Origin: an uncultured Clostridia bacterium
GTDB taxonomy: Bacteria; Bacillota; Clostridia; TANB77; CAG-508
Assembly (NCBI GenBank): GCA_944392545.1
Contig: CALXWW010000008.1
Coordinates: 323 to 64,322 of the forward strand
DNA length: 64,000 nucleotides
Direction of reading: 5' to 3'
The notes beneath the pieces were generated by a model. That model saw only the letters and a program-made list of their open reading frames with translations, searched no databases and had not been told where the DNA came from. Both the position numbers and the translations under genes were made by a program. Positions 41,260 through 52,064 of the stretch are shown piece by piece; the stretch's first letter is position 1; the number at the start of each line of letters is the position of its first letter.

Positions 41260-42786
41260 TTATATTATTATACTTTCTCCTGTCATTTCTTCTGGTTTCT
41301 CTAATCCCATTAAATCTAACATAGTTGGTGCTAAATCTGCAAGTTTTCCTTCTTTTAATTTAGCATCATCCTTTCCTACTAGTATAAGTGGTACTGGGTT
41401 AGTTGTATGTGCTGTATGTGGCTCTCCTGTCTTGTAATCAAGCATTTGTTCACAGTTTCCATGGTCTGCAGTAATTAGCATTACACCATCATTTTTTCTT
41501 ATCGCATCTACTACTTTTCCAACACACTCGTCTATTGTTTCTACCGCTTTAATTGCAGCTTCTAAACTTCCTGTATGGCCAACCATATCTGAGTTAGCAT
41601 AGTTTAGTATTATACAATCATATTTTTTTAAGTTAATTGCTTCTAACACCTTATCTGTTACCTCATATGCACTCATATCTGGTTTTAAATCATAAGTTTC
41701 TACCTTTGGTGAAGGAACCAATATTCTATCTTCTCCTGGATATTGTTTTTCTTCTCCACCATTAAAGAAAAATGTTACATGTGCATATTTTTCTGTTTCT
41801 GCAATTCTAAGTTGTGTTAGTCCTTTTTTACTTATATATTCTCCAAATGTATTCTTTAATGTTTCTGGTTTGAATGCTATTTTTACATTCGGCATTGTTT
41901 CATCATATTGTGTAAAGCATACATAGTATAAATCAATTTTCTTAGTTTCAAATTCATTAAAGTTTTTATCTACTATCGCTCTTGTTAATTCTCTTGCTCT
42001 ATCTGGTCTAAAGTTAAAAAATATTACAGAATCATTTTCTTCTATTTTTGCTACTGGTTCATTGTTTTGGCATATAACTGTTGGTTCAACAAATTCATCA
42101 AAAACCTCTTTTTGATATGAACCTTCTATTGCTGCTATTGGAGAAGTAACCTTTACTCCTTCTCCGTTAACTATTGCTCTGTATGCTTTCTCCACTCTGT
42201 TCCATCTTTTGTCCCTATCCATTGCGTAAAATCTACCAGAAATCGTTGCAATTTTTCCTACACCTTTTTCCTTCATTTTCTCCTCAAGATTCATTATATA
42301 TCCTTCTCCTGAAGTAGGTGGTGTATCTCTCCCATCCATAAAACAGTGTACATATACATTCTCAAAGTCTTTTCTTTTTGCAAGTTCTAAAATTGCATAA
42401 AGATGACGATTATGGCTATGCACTCCACCATCTGATAATAGTCCTAAAATGTGTAATTTAGAATTATGTTTTTTACAATTTTCTATTGCTTCTACTAATT
42501 CTGAATTGCTAAAAAAATCTCCATCCTCTATTGATTTTGTAATTCTAGTTAATTCTTGGTATACAATCCTTCCAGCACCAATATTAGTATGTCCTACCTC
42601 TGAATTTCCCATCTGTCCATCTGGTAAACCAACATTTAATCCACTAGTATATATTTTTGTTGTTGGACATGTCTTCATTAGTTTATCTATATTAGGTGTA
42701 TTTGCCAGTTCTACGGCATTTGCCTCTTTATTATCATTTATTCCAAATCCATCTAATATCATTAGCATTGTAACTTTTTTGTCCAT
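41260..42786 (-). CDS. gpmI: 2,3-bisphosphoglycerate-independent phosphoglycerate mutase
   Basis: 508 aa; motifs ILDGFG, GNSEVGHTNIGAGR, TADHGNCE. Confidence 0.95.
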   Translation of the reverse strand: MDKKVTMLMILDGFGINDNKEANAVELANTPNIDKLMKTCPTTKIYTSGLNVGLPDGQMGNSEVGHTNIGAGRIVYQELTRITKSIEDGDFFSNSELVEAIENCKKHNSKLHILGLLSDGGVHSHNRHLYAILELAKRKDFENVYVHCFMDGRDTPPTSGEGYIMNLEEKMKEKGVGKIATISGRFYAMDRDKRWNRVEKAYRAIVNGEGVKVTSPIAAIEGSYQKEVFDEFVEPTVICQNNEPVAKIEENDSVIFFNFRPDRARELTRAIVDKNFNEFETKKIDLYYVCFTQYDETMPNVKIAFKPETLKNTFGEYISKKGLTQLRIAETEKYAHVTFFFNGGEEKQYPGEDRILVPSPKVETYDLKPDMSAYEVTDKVLEAINLKKYDCIILNYANSDMVGHTGSLEAAIKAVETIDECVGKVVDAIRKNDGVMLITADHGNCEQMLDYKTGEPHTAHTTNPVPLILVGKDDAKLKEGKLADLAPTMLDLMGLEKPEEMTGESIII

Positions 42787-42835
42787 ATCTTTTAATTCTT
42801 TTTCCTTTCCTATTACAATTTTTATGTTTTATTTT

Positions 42836-43591
42836 CTAGCTATTATTATAATTTACAATATCGGCAAATTCTTTTGATTTTAAACTTGCCCCACCTACTA
42901 GCCCTCCATCTATATCAGACATAGTAAATAGTTCTTTGGCATTTGAAGCTTTTACACTTCCACCATATTGTATTATAACTCTTTCTGCCACCATTTGTCC
43001 ATATATATTTGATATTTTATTTCTTATTGCTTTTATAGCATTATTTGCATCTTCTGAAGTTGCTGTTTTTCCCGTTCCTATTGCCCATATTGGTTCATAA
43101 GCAATAATTGTATTTTCTACTTGCTCATTAGTCAATCCATCTAATGCTTTTTCAGTTTGAGAAGTTATAATTTCTTCTGCCTTTCCAGCCTCTCTTTCTT
43201 CTAGAGTTTCGCCCACACATACAATAGGTTTTAGATCATATTTAAATGCAGATTTTATTTTTTTATTTACAGTTTCATCTGTTTCCGCAAAATATTGTCT
43301 TCTCTCAGAGTGTCCTATTATTACATATTCTACCCCTATAGCTTTAAGCATTTCTCCAGAAATTTCTCCCGTATATGCACCACTTTCTTCCCAGTGCATA
43401 TTTTGTGCGCCTATTTTTATGTTTGTGTTTTGTGCTGTAAGTAAGCTATAGAATAAATCTGTATATGGTACGCAAAGTACCACTTCATTTTCACTATTCT
43501 TTACAAGTGGTGTTAGTTCATCTATAAATCTTATAGCTGCATCTGGAAGCATATTCATTTTCCAATTTCCTGCAATTACTTTTTTTCTCAT
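42836..43591 (-). CDS. tpiA: Triosephosphate isomerase
   Basis: Motifs IAGNWKMN, VIIGHSERR, AYEPIWAIGTGKTAT. Confidence 0.95.
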   Translation of the reverse strand: MRKKVIAGNWKMNMLPDAAIRFIDELTPLVKNSENEVVLCVPYTDLFYSLLTAQNTNIKIGAQNMHWEESGAYTGEISGEMLKAIGVEYVIIGHSERRQYFAETDETVNKKIKSAFKYDLKPIVCVGETLEEREAGKAEEIITSQTEKALDGLTNEQVENTIIAYEPIWAIGTGKTATSEDANNAIKAIRNKISNIYGQMVAERVIIQYGGSVKASNAKELFTMSDIDGGLVGGASLKSKEFADIVNYNNS

Positions 43592-43656
43592 ATTTCACTC
43601 TCCTAATAAAATTCAAAATTGGACAAAAGGGACTGTTTACTTTTGTCCAATTTGTT

Positions 43657-44973
43657 CTATTTTTCTATTGATTCTTCTTTTTCTACTACTTTTGCTTTGC
43701 ATGTTTTAGGTTCTTTTTTTTCCTTTTCATCTTTATCTGTTAAGCATGCAATTCCAGGTAATTCTTTACCCTCTAGTAGTTCAAGTGAAGCACCTCCACC
43801 TGTTGAAATGTGTGAGAAGTTATCTTCTAAATGTAACTTTTTAATAGCTGCTACAGAATCTCCTCCACCTACTATAGATATAGATTTTGTAGCTGCTATA
43901 GCTTCAGCTACTCGTTCTGTTCCTATACTAAATTTTTCTACTTCGCAGATTCCAAGTGGTCCATTCCAAAGAATTGTCTTTTTATCTTGTAATTCATGTG
44001 CAAATGTCCTTGCTGTCTTTGGTCCTATATCACAACCTTGCCATCCTTCTGGTATTGCATCTGAAGATACAACTTTGTCCGGTGCTGTTTCTAAAAAGCT
44101 TATAAATGCTTTTTGTTTTGCTTTTTTATCGAGTTCTTCCTCTGGTTCTGGCACCTTTGGCGCTACTACAGTATCTTCTGGAAGTACTACTTTGACACCA
44201 GCTTTTGCTGCTTTTTTCATTATAGCTTGTGCTTCTCCTATTTTATCTTCTTCGCATAAAGAATCTCCTATTTCATATCCTTTTGCCTTTAAGAAAGTAT
44301 ATGCCATACCTCCACCTATTAATATTTCATCTACTTTATCAAGTAAGTTTTCTATAACTCCTATCTTATCAGATACTTTTGCACCACCTAGTATAGCTAC
44401 GAATGGTTTTCCTGGGTCTTCTAATGTTCCATTTAAGAAACTAACCTCTTTTTCCATTAATAAACCTTCTACAGCTTCATCTACATGATGAGCGACACCT
44501 TCTGTAGAACTATGTGCTCTATGTGCTGCACCGAATGCATCATTTACATATATACCATCTGAAAGATTTGCAAATTCCATTGCTAATGTATCATCATTTT
44601 GTTCTTCCCTTGGGTCGAATCTAACATTTTCTAGAAGTGCAACTTCTCCATTATTTAGACCACTGGTAACACTTTTTGCACTATCTCCTGTTACATCACT
44701 TGCAAATTTAACATCTGTGTCTAATAAATCTGTTAATTCTGATGCAACTGGTCTTAAAGAGTATTCTTCTTTAACTTCTCCCTTTGGTCTACCTAAATGT
44801 GAGCATAGAATAACTTTTGCACCTCTATCTCTTAAATATTCTATTGTTGGAAGTGCAGCTGTTATTCTTGTATTATCTGTTATTTTTCCATCTTTTAAAG
44901 GTACATTAAAGTCGCACCTTACTAATACCTTTTTACCTTTTACGTCAACATCTCTTACTGTTTTTTTATTCAT
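43657..44973 (-). CDS. pgk: Phosphoglycerate kinase (with a ~25-aa Lys/Glu-rich C-terminal extension)
   Basis: Start set to MNKKTVRDVDVKGKKVLVRCDFNVP (the track ORF begins 9 codons upstream). Canonical PGK motifs throughout. Confidence 0.93.
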   Translation of the reverse strand: MNKKTVRDVDVKGKKVLVRCDFNVPLKDGKITDNTRITAALPTIEYLRDRGAKVILCSHLGRPKGEVKEEYSLRPVASELTDLLDTDVKFASDVTGDSAKSVTSGLNNGEVALLENVRFDPREEQNDDTLAMEFANLSDGIYVNDAFGAAHRAHSSTEGVAHHVDEAVEGLLMEKEVSFLNGTLEDPGKPFVAILGGAKVSDKIGVIENLLDKVDEILIGGGMAYTFLKAKGYEIGDSLCEEDKIGEAQAIMKKAAKAGVKVVLPEDTVVAPKVPEPEEELDKKAKQKAFISFLETAPDKVVSSDAIPEGWQGCDIGPKTARTFAHELQDKKTILWNGPLGICEVEKFSIGTERVAEAIAATKSISIVGGGDSVAAIKKLHLEDNFSHISTGGGASLELLEGKELPGIACLTDKDEKEKKEPKTCKAKVVEKEESIEK

Positions 44974-44999
44974 ATTTACGCCCCTTTCTAATTTAAGCA

Positions 45000-45245
45000 T
45001 TATTTTACACTTTTTATATCTTGTAATTCAAATCTATATTTTTGTTTTACTTCTGGATATTTATTATGATCTACCTCTGACATAAACATATTATAGGGTC
45101 TAATGTATAATTCATTATCTCCATATAAAGCTCTATATACTACATATTTTTCTCTTGTCTCACTATGAGTAGCTACGTCTTCTATAATATAACTATCTCC
45201 CTTAAAATGTTTATATACTCCATGTATTTTTAATTCTCTATCCAT
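45000..45245 (-). CDS. DUF1653 domain protein
   Basis: 81 aa with the YKHFKG..Y....A.HSET.E..VVYRALYG...LYIRP pattern. Confidence 0.55.
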   Translation of the reverse strand: MDRELKIHGVYKHFKGDSYIIEDVATHSETREKYVVYRALYGDNELYIRPYNMFMSEVDHNKYPEVKQKYRFELQDIKSVK

Positions 45246-45327
45246 TTTATTCCTCTTTATAAAAATATATTTTTACATTATAACTACTACTATTAAAAAG
45301 TTTAATAGTAGTAGTTATTACAATATA

Positions 45328-46371
<1,044 letters not shown>

Positions 46372-46513
46372 TTAGTATTACCTAAACATAAACATTTTAT
46401 ATCAAACTCACATATTTTTCAAGTATTTATTCGTTATTTTCACAATGTATAAACAAAAAGAGCATAAAAAAAACACAATAAGTAATATTTTACATACCTA
46501 TTGCGCTTTTTTA

Positions 46514-46771
46514 TTATAATTTGATATCATCTGTTATTTCTATTTCTTTAAATAAAAAGTTTTTTACCTTTTTTCCTGTTATCTCATAGAAAAAGAAGTC
46601 GTGAACTTTTTGTCCTGTAATTTCTTGTGTCCAGAAATCATGTACCTCTTGGAAAACTTTTTCTTGCTTTGGTGTTAATTCAAGAGCTATATCTTGGCAT
46701 AAAAAATTTCTTATTTTTGTCCATACGCTTACTTCTGTTGGTAAATTACTTGTATTTACACGATTTTCCAT
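46514..46771 (-). CDS. Hypothetical small protein with three degenerate internal repeats (KVHDF..EITGK)
   Basis: 85-aa ORF between gap and the IS. Confidence 0.3.
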   Translation of the reverse strand: MENRVNTSNLPTEVSVWTKIRNFLCQDIALELTPKQEKVFQEVHDFWTQEITGQKVHDFFFYEITGKKVKNFLFKEIEITDDIKL

Positions 46772-46815
46772 AAATTTATTTCCTCCTTCGTGGTCTAAAT
46801 AATAATTATTACTAT

Positions 46816-47084
46816 ATTTATACTACATTTTCTTTTATTAATCAAGTAAATATTTTTTATATTTTCAAATTTTAAAATCAAATTCCGCTATAACCATTTA
46901 TTTATATAGTGTTTGCTGATTTGTTACATTTTTATTACAAGTTTGTTACAGAAATATTACGATGTTTAATTAGTATTTTTCATTAACTATGCTATCTGTC
47001 CCATCATTCTATACTAATTTAATTTTACTATATTTATATATTTTTATTTTTTCTCTATATCTCCATCTGTCTTCCTAAAAAACT
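46816..47084. repeat. Left copy of a ~270-bp direct repeat flanking the IS (a duplicated spoVT 3' end plus downstream region); probably a long IS1634-type target duplication
   Basis: Identical to 49061..49327 except for 2 mismatches; contains the reverse complement of the last 9 spoVT codons and its stop. Confidence 0.75.
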
Positions 47085-47236
47085 CGGGAGTTTGACACTT
47101 CACATAAATTGTTAAAAGCATTATTCATTGAAATAATGTGTTTTTTTGGATTTTTTCTATCTTTTTTTGTATTTTTTCTTGCGTTCTTCTGCGTGTTGTT
47201 GTATAATACACATATCATAACACAAGGAGAAATAAT

Positions 47237-48982
47237 ATGAGATTAAAAATAACAAAGTGCAAAAATGTCAATATATACTATGTAATAAAAACTGTATATG
47301 TAGATGGTAAGGAGAAAACTAAAACAGTCGAAAGATTAGGAACTGAACAAGAAGTCATTCAAAAAGCTAATGGTGAAGATCCTGTTGTTTGGGCAAAAAA
47401 ATATATTGATGCTCTAAATAAAGAAGAAAAACAAGGAACTCAAAAAGTTTTAATTCCAAAATCTCCATCAGCTTTAATTAAGAAAGACAAACAAAATTCA
47501 TTTAATTGTGGGTATTTCTTTTTGGAAAAAATCTACTATGCCTTAGGTTTAGATAATATATGCAACACCATATATAATAAATATAAAATTACATTTGATT
47601 TAAATAGCATATTATCAAGATTGGTTTACAGTCGAATAATTTATCCTTCTTCAAAATTAGCTACATATGAATTATCAAAACATTTTGTTGAACAACCAAT
47701 TTTCGAATTACAACATATATACCGTGCATTGGAAATAATTACCAAAGAAAATAATTTCATACAATCTGAGCTTTACAAAAATAGTTTAAACATTTCAGAT
47801 AGGGCAACTGGTATACTTTACTATGATTGTACCAATTACTTCTTTGAAATAGAAGATGAAGACGAGTTTAGAAAATACGGACCTTCTAAAGAGCATAGAC
47901 CAAATCCAATTATTCAAATGGGACTTTTTATGGACGGTAATGGTATTCCTCTAGCTTTTAATATTAATTCTGGAAATACTAATGAGCAACAAACTCTTAC
48001 TCCTCTTGAAGAAAAAATAATTCAAGATTTTAAGTTATCTAAATTTGTTGTATGTACTGATGCAGGACTTGCCTCAACAGATAATAGAAAATTTAATGAT
48101 AAAGGGGATCGTGCTTTTATCACTACTCAATCAATCAAACAACTAAAAAAACATTTAAAGGATTGGGCTCTTTCTCCTACTGATTGGAAATTAGCTGGTT
48201 CCGACAAGACATATAATATTAACTCTGTTCAAGAAAAGTTAGAAAATACAACAGATGAAACCAAAAAACAAAAAATTAAAAATTTAACATTTTACAAAGA
48301 AAGATGGATCAATGAAAATGGTTTAGAACAAAGATTAATTGTGACATTCTCTTTTAAATATCAACAATATCAAAGACATATTAGAGAAGGACAAATTGTG
48401 CGAGCCAAAAAAGCAATTGAAAATAAAAATTTTAAATTAGATAAACGTAAACAAACTGACTTTAAAAGATTCATTAAACAAACTAATATAACATCAGATG
48501 GTGAAGTTGCTGACAAAGGTATTCTTTCAATTGATATGAATATAGTTGCAAAAGAAGAGCTTTTTGACGGTTTCTATGGCGTTTGTACAAATTTAGAAGA
48601 TAATGTAAAAGAAATAATCAAAGTAAATCATAGAAGATGGGAAATAGAAGAAAGTTTTAGAATTATGAAAAGTGAATTTAAAGCTAGACCAGTATATTTA
48701 AGTCGTGAAGATAGAATAAAAGCACACTTTGTCATTTGCTACATTTCCTTGCTAATACACAGACTTTTAGAGAAAAAAATTGAAGAAAAGTTTTCAAGTT
48801 CAGAAATTATCTATTGCTTAAGAAATATGAATTTACTAAATCATGGAATTGATGGATATGAACCTATTTATACAAGAACTGATTTAACTGATTTATTGCA
48901 CGAAAAGTTTGGCTTTAGAACAGACTATGAAATTACTAGTCATATGGAAATGAAAAAAATTTTAAAAAACTTAAAAAAATAA
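47237..48982 (+). CDS. IS1634-family (IS4-related) DDE transposase
   Basis: 581 aa. Its N-terminus (MRLKITKCKNVNIYYVIKTVYVDGKEKTKTVERLG) and the central segment YDCTNYFFEIE...GPSKEHRPNPIIQMGLFMDGNGIPLAF...TNEQ are typical of this family. It is the only large plus-strand gene. Confidence 0.75.
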   Translation: MRLKITKCKNVNIYYVIKTVYVDGKEKTKTVERLGTEQEVIQKANGEDPVVWAKKYIDALNKEEKQGTQKVLIPKSPSALIKKDKQNSFNCGYFFLEKIYYALGLDNICNTIYNKYKITFDLNSILSRLVYSRIIYPSSKLATYELSKHFVEQPIFELQHIYRALEIITKENNFIQSELYKNSLNISDRATGILYYDCTNYFFEIEDEDEFRKYGPSKEHRPNPIIQMGLFMDGNGIPLAFNINSGNTNEQQTLTPLEEKIIQDFKLSKFVVCTDAGLASTDNRKFNDKGDRAFITTQSIKQLKKHLKDWALSPTDWKLAGSDKTYNINSVQEKLENTTDETKKQKIKNLTFYKERWINENGLEQRLIVTFSFKYQQYQRHIREGQIVRAKKAIENKNFKLDKRKQTDFKRFIKQTNITSDGEVADKGILSIDMNIVAKEELFDGFYGVCTNLEDNVKEIIKVNHRRWEIEESFRIMKSEFKARPVYLSREDRIKAHFVICYISLLIHRLLEKKIEEKFSSSEIIYCLRNMNLLNHGIDGYEPIYTRTDLTDLLHEKFGFRTDYEITSHMEMKKILKNLKK

Positions 48983-49008
48983 TTCACGGTACGCAAAATC
49001 AATTTAAG

Positions 49009-49042
49009 CTCAAACCAGTTATACCAATGGTTTGAGCTTTTA
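49009..49042 (+). terminator. Terminator-like hairpin (gctcaaacc..ggtttgagc + TTTT) after the transposase gene, inside the IS right end
   Basis: 9-bp stem, 12-nt loop, T-tract. Confidence 0.5.
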
Positions 49043-49060
49043 AACTGTCAAATTTAGGAT

Positions 49061-49327
49061 TTATACTACATTTTCTTTTATTAATCAAGTAAATATTTTT
49101 TATATTTTTAAATTTTAAAGTCAAATTCCGCTATAACCATTTATTTATATAGTGTTTGCTGATTTGTTACATTTTTATTACAAGTTTGTTACAGAAATAT
49201 TACGATGTTTAATTAGTATTTTTCATTAACTATGCTATCTGTCCCATCATTCTATACTAATTTAATTTTACTATATTTATATATTTTTATTTTTTCTCTA
49301 TATCTCCATCTGTCTTCCTAAAAAACT
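49061..49327. repeat. Right copy of the ~270-bp direct repeat (the native spoVT 3' end and downstream region)
   Basis: See 46816..47084. Confidence 0.75.
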
Positions 49328-49852
49328 TGCTGCTGATTGTACAACTTTTTGTTCTACTTCAGACATTTTTGTTCCTTTATCTTTTGCTAAAAGAATTACT
49401 GTTCCTATTGTATCTCCATCTGATATTATTGGATATACTACCTGTGAATTAAATTTTCTTTCTTTTGTATCATTTTTAGTAATAGGTACTGACATATCAT
49501 TATTTTCTTTACTTGTATATTTTTCTTTATCTTCCATTATTCTTTCTAATTCTTCACTTATTCCTTGCTCTAAAAATTCTTTTTTTGGTCCACCAGACAC
49601 AGCTATAACAGTATCTCTATCTGTAATGCATGCAATATGGCCTGTAGTTTTAGCAAGTGTTTCTGCATACTCTGTTGCGAATTCTGAAAGTTCACCTATA
49701 GGTGAATATTTTTTTAATATTACTTCCCCTTCTTTATCAGTAAATATTTCTAAAGGATCTCCCTCTTTTATTCTTAAAGTTTTACGTATTTCTTTTGGTA
49801 TAACAACTCTACCCAAATCATCTATTCTTCTTACAACGCCTGTTGCTTTCAT
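49298..49852 (-). CDS. spoVT: Stage V sporulation protein T (AbrB-N plus GAF domain regulator)
   Basis: MKATGVVRRIDDLGRVVIPKEIRKTLRIKEGDPLEIF is near-identical to B. subtilis SpoVT; 184 aa. Confidence 0.92.
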   Translation of the reverse strand: MKATGVVRRIDDLGRVVIPKEIRKTLRIKEGDPLEIFTDKEGEVILKKYSPIGELSEFATEYAETLAKTTGHIACITDRDTVIAVSGGPKKEFLEQGISEELERIMEDKEKYTSKENNDMSVPITKNDTKERKFNSQVVYPIISDGDTIGTVILLAKDKGTKMSEVEQKVVQSAASFLGRQMEI

Positions 49853-49932
49853 AATTTTCCTCCTTTTAAATTTTATGTTTATTCTTATTATTACAAAAGA
49901 GGAAAAATTTTATACATTTTTTTATTAAATTT

Positions 49933-49992
49933 GAAACAAGGGGACACACAAATCGTTCCAAAATCGGAACGATTTGTGTGTCCCCTTGTTTC
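49933..49992. terminator. Perfect 27-bp-stem palindrome (gaaacaaggggacacacaaatcgttcc / ggaacgatttgtgtgtccccttgtttc, 6-nt loop). Probable terminator of the KAP NTPase gene, but unusually long, and repeated as a half-site at 1624..1650
   Basis: Read directly from the sequence. It lies 4 bp after the KAP gene stop and 80 bp upstream of the spoVT start. Confidence 0.6.
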
Positions 49993-49995
49993 AGT

Positions 49996-51966
49996 TTATT
50001 CTTCATTTGTTATTTCTTCTTTTTTATATTCCTTTATTACATTTCCAAGTTCATCCGCAAAATCTTGAAGTATAACTAATTTTATTGTAGGTTCTTTTCC
50101 ATCTATATAGTCGTCCATAACTTGTTTTAATTTTTTAAGGTTTGGCAATTCGTCTTGCAAATATTCTCCATATCTTTTTGCTCTATCTAAAAGTTTCTCT
50201 TTTATTGTTACTATATCTTCATTACTTGCACATGATATTCTTTGGAACATTTGAAATACATCATAATATCTAAATATTGGAACTTGCATACATTCTTTAT
50301 CAAATTTATCATAAAATTGTTCCATTTTCATTGGTATATATTTAAATATTTCCTCTGCTTTTTCTCTATACATTTTTTCTTCTAGTTTTTCATTTATACT
50401 ATTAAAATATTGAAGTATCTCTTCCATATCTTCTGATTTGTCTTCTTCTATTGCCAAACTTGCAAGTTCCTCTTCAACGTTTGGACAATAGCTTGAATTT
50501 AACGAGCATATATTCATACCGTTTAGAAATATGCTTTTTATTGTTTTCATATCATAATCAATAAGTCCTTTTCTCACAAAATGTGCAAAATATGCAAAAA
50601 GTTTAACTACATTTATTAGTTCTATTTTTCCATTTTTTACATCATCTATTACTTCTGAAATCACCCCACCAAATTGATCATCTGATATTTTCCAATATTC
50701 TTCTGTAAGAAGTCTTTTATATCCAGGTAATTTATCTGTATCTACAGTATTTATTATTAACTCCATGTCTCGTTTAAATGCTTTCATATCGAAAATACGT
50801 GTACGTACATACAGTTCTATAAATTTAAAGAATCTATATTCTGCTTTGAAATTATAGTAGTAATTATTATCAAATTCTTTTATATAGAATTGTCTGTTGT
50901 CCATAAATACTCTTGATGACACAAGTATTGCTTTATATTCTTCATTATCATTAATATTTACAAATTTATCTTTTGTAATCTTTCCTGCTTTAATTTCAAA
51001 AGATATTGCTATTGTAAAGATTAACATTGTTTGTAATACTCTATGGTTTGTATTTGGATATGATTTATTTACCATATCAAATATTTTTTTAAAATTGGTT
51101 AATGAGTGTTTTAAAATTCTTAAGTTTCTCGTTCCACTTTTATTAAATGTAGAAATGATTAAATTTGTATTTTCTCTTAAAAATCTAATTAAATCTGGAC
51201 AGTTTTCATATCTCATTAAAAGTCCATTTATTATATACGTAAATTCTGGTGCATATTCAAAAGTCTCTCCAATTAATTTTTCTTTAATTCTCTCATAATC
51301 GTTTGCTTTATCAAAAACATATTCAATAGTATCACGTATTCTTTCAACCATTGGTTTATCTGTTTTTATATTAAGTTTATTTTCTTTATCCAAAAGATAC
51401 GTTGCAATAAAGGTTTTCATTTCTAAGTTACTATTTTTTAATTTTGTAGATAATTCTTTTTCGTTACATATTATTATTGTTTTTATATGGTCATGCTCAA
51501 CAAAGTTATTAATGTAGCCCAATATATCAATAACGTCTACATTTGCTCTTTCCAAGTCATCAAAGCAAAGGACCTTATCTTCTGTAGAGAAAAATTGACC
51601 ATAATTTATCCTATCTCCATTTTGAGTAACTCCAAAAAAATTTGCCATATCCAAACCTGTTTTTGCATACTCTGGTATATTTTTTACTCCACTTGCATCC
51701 ATATACTTTTTCAAGTTTTTATCCATAAGTTGAGTAGTTTCTATAAATATTTTTTTGCTTATTTCTTCTAAATTAGATATACCATATAAAGACATATATA
51801 TTGCAGTGTATCTTTTTCCATTAAGTTGCATTGATTCAATTTTAGGCTTTATTTTATGATTCCAAAAGTATGTTTTTCCGCTTCCCCATTCACCATTAAG
51901 CATTATTGCGTAATCTGTATAATCTGACCTTATATAATCTAAAATACTTTCAACTAAATCTTCCAT
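49996..51966 (-). CDS. KAP-family P-loop NTPase domain protein
   Basis: Walker A GEWGSGKT near the N-terminus, Walker-B-like CFDDLER; a large alpha-helical C-terminal part typical of KAP NTPases. Confidence 0.7.
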   Translation of the reverse strand: MEDLVESILDYIRSDYTDYAIMLNGEWGSGKTYFWNHKIKPKIESMQLNGKRYTAIYMSLYGISNLEEISKKIFIETTQLMDKNLKKYMDASGVKNIPEYAKTGLDMANFFGVTQNGDRINYGQFFSTEDKVLCFDDLERANVDVIDILGYINNFVEHDHIKTIIICNEKELSTKLKNSNLEMKTFIATYLLDKENKLNIKTDKPMVERIRDTIEYVFDKANDYERIKEKLIGETFEYAPEFTYIINGLLMRYENCPDLIRFLRENTNLIISTFNKSGTRNLRILKHSLTNFKKIFDMVNKSYPNTNHRVLQTMLIFTIAISFEIKAGKITKDKFVNINDNEEYKAILVSSRVFMDNRQFYIKEFDNNYYYNFKAEYRFFKFIELYVRTRIFDMKAFKRDMELIINTVDTDKLPGYKRLLTEEYWKISDDQFGGVISEVIDDVKNGKIELINVVKLFAYFAHFVRKGLIDYDMKTIKSIFLNGMNICSLNSSYCPNVEEELASLAIEEDKSEDMEEILQYFNSINEKLEEKMYREKAEEIFKYIPMKMEQFYDKFDKECMQVPIFRYYDVFQMFQRISCASNEDIVTIKEKLLDRAKRYGEYLQDELPNLKKLKQVMDDYIDGKEPTIKLVILQDFADELGNVIKEYKKEEITNEE

Positions 51967-52064
51967 TTGTTTCTCCTTTCCTTCAAATTAGACAAATTTC
52001 ATTTCACAAAGAAACTACTTATATTCGTCCAAATCATTATTGCTTTAGTTTATTTATTCATTAT

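Larger units (their letters stand above)
47085..49060 (+). mobile_element. IS1634-family insertion sequence (~1.98 kb) with terminal inverted repeats containing TTTGACA(c/g)TT
   Basis: Single 581-aa DDE transposase ORF. Left end ..gagTTTGACActt and right end rc ..aaaTTTGACAgtt. Bounded by the 270-bp direct repeats. Confidence 0.7.
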
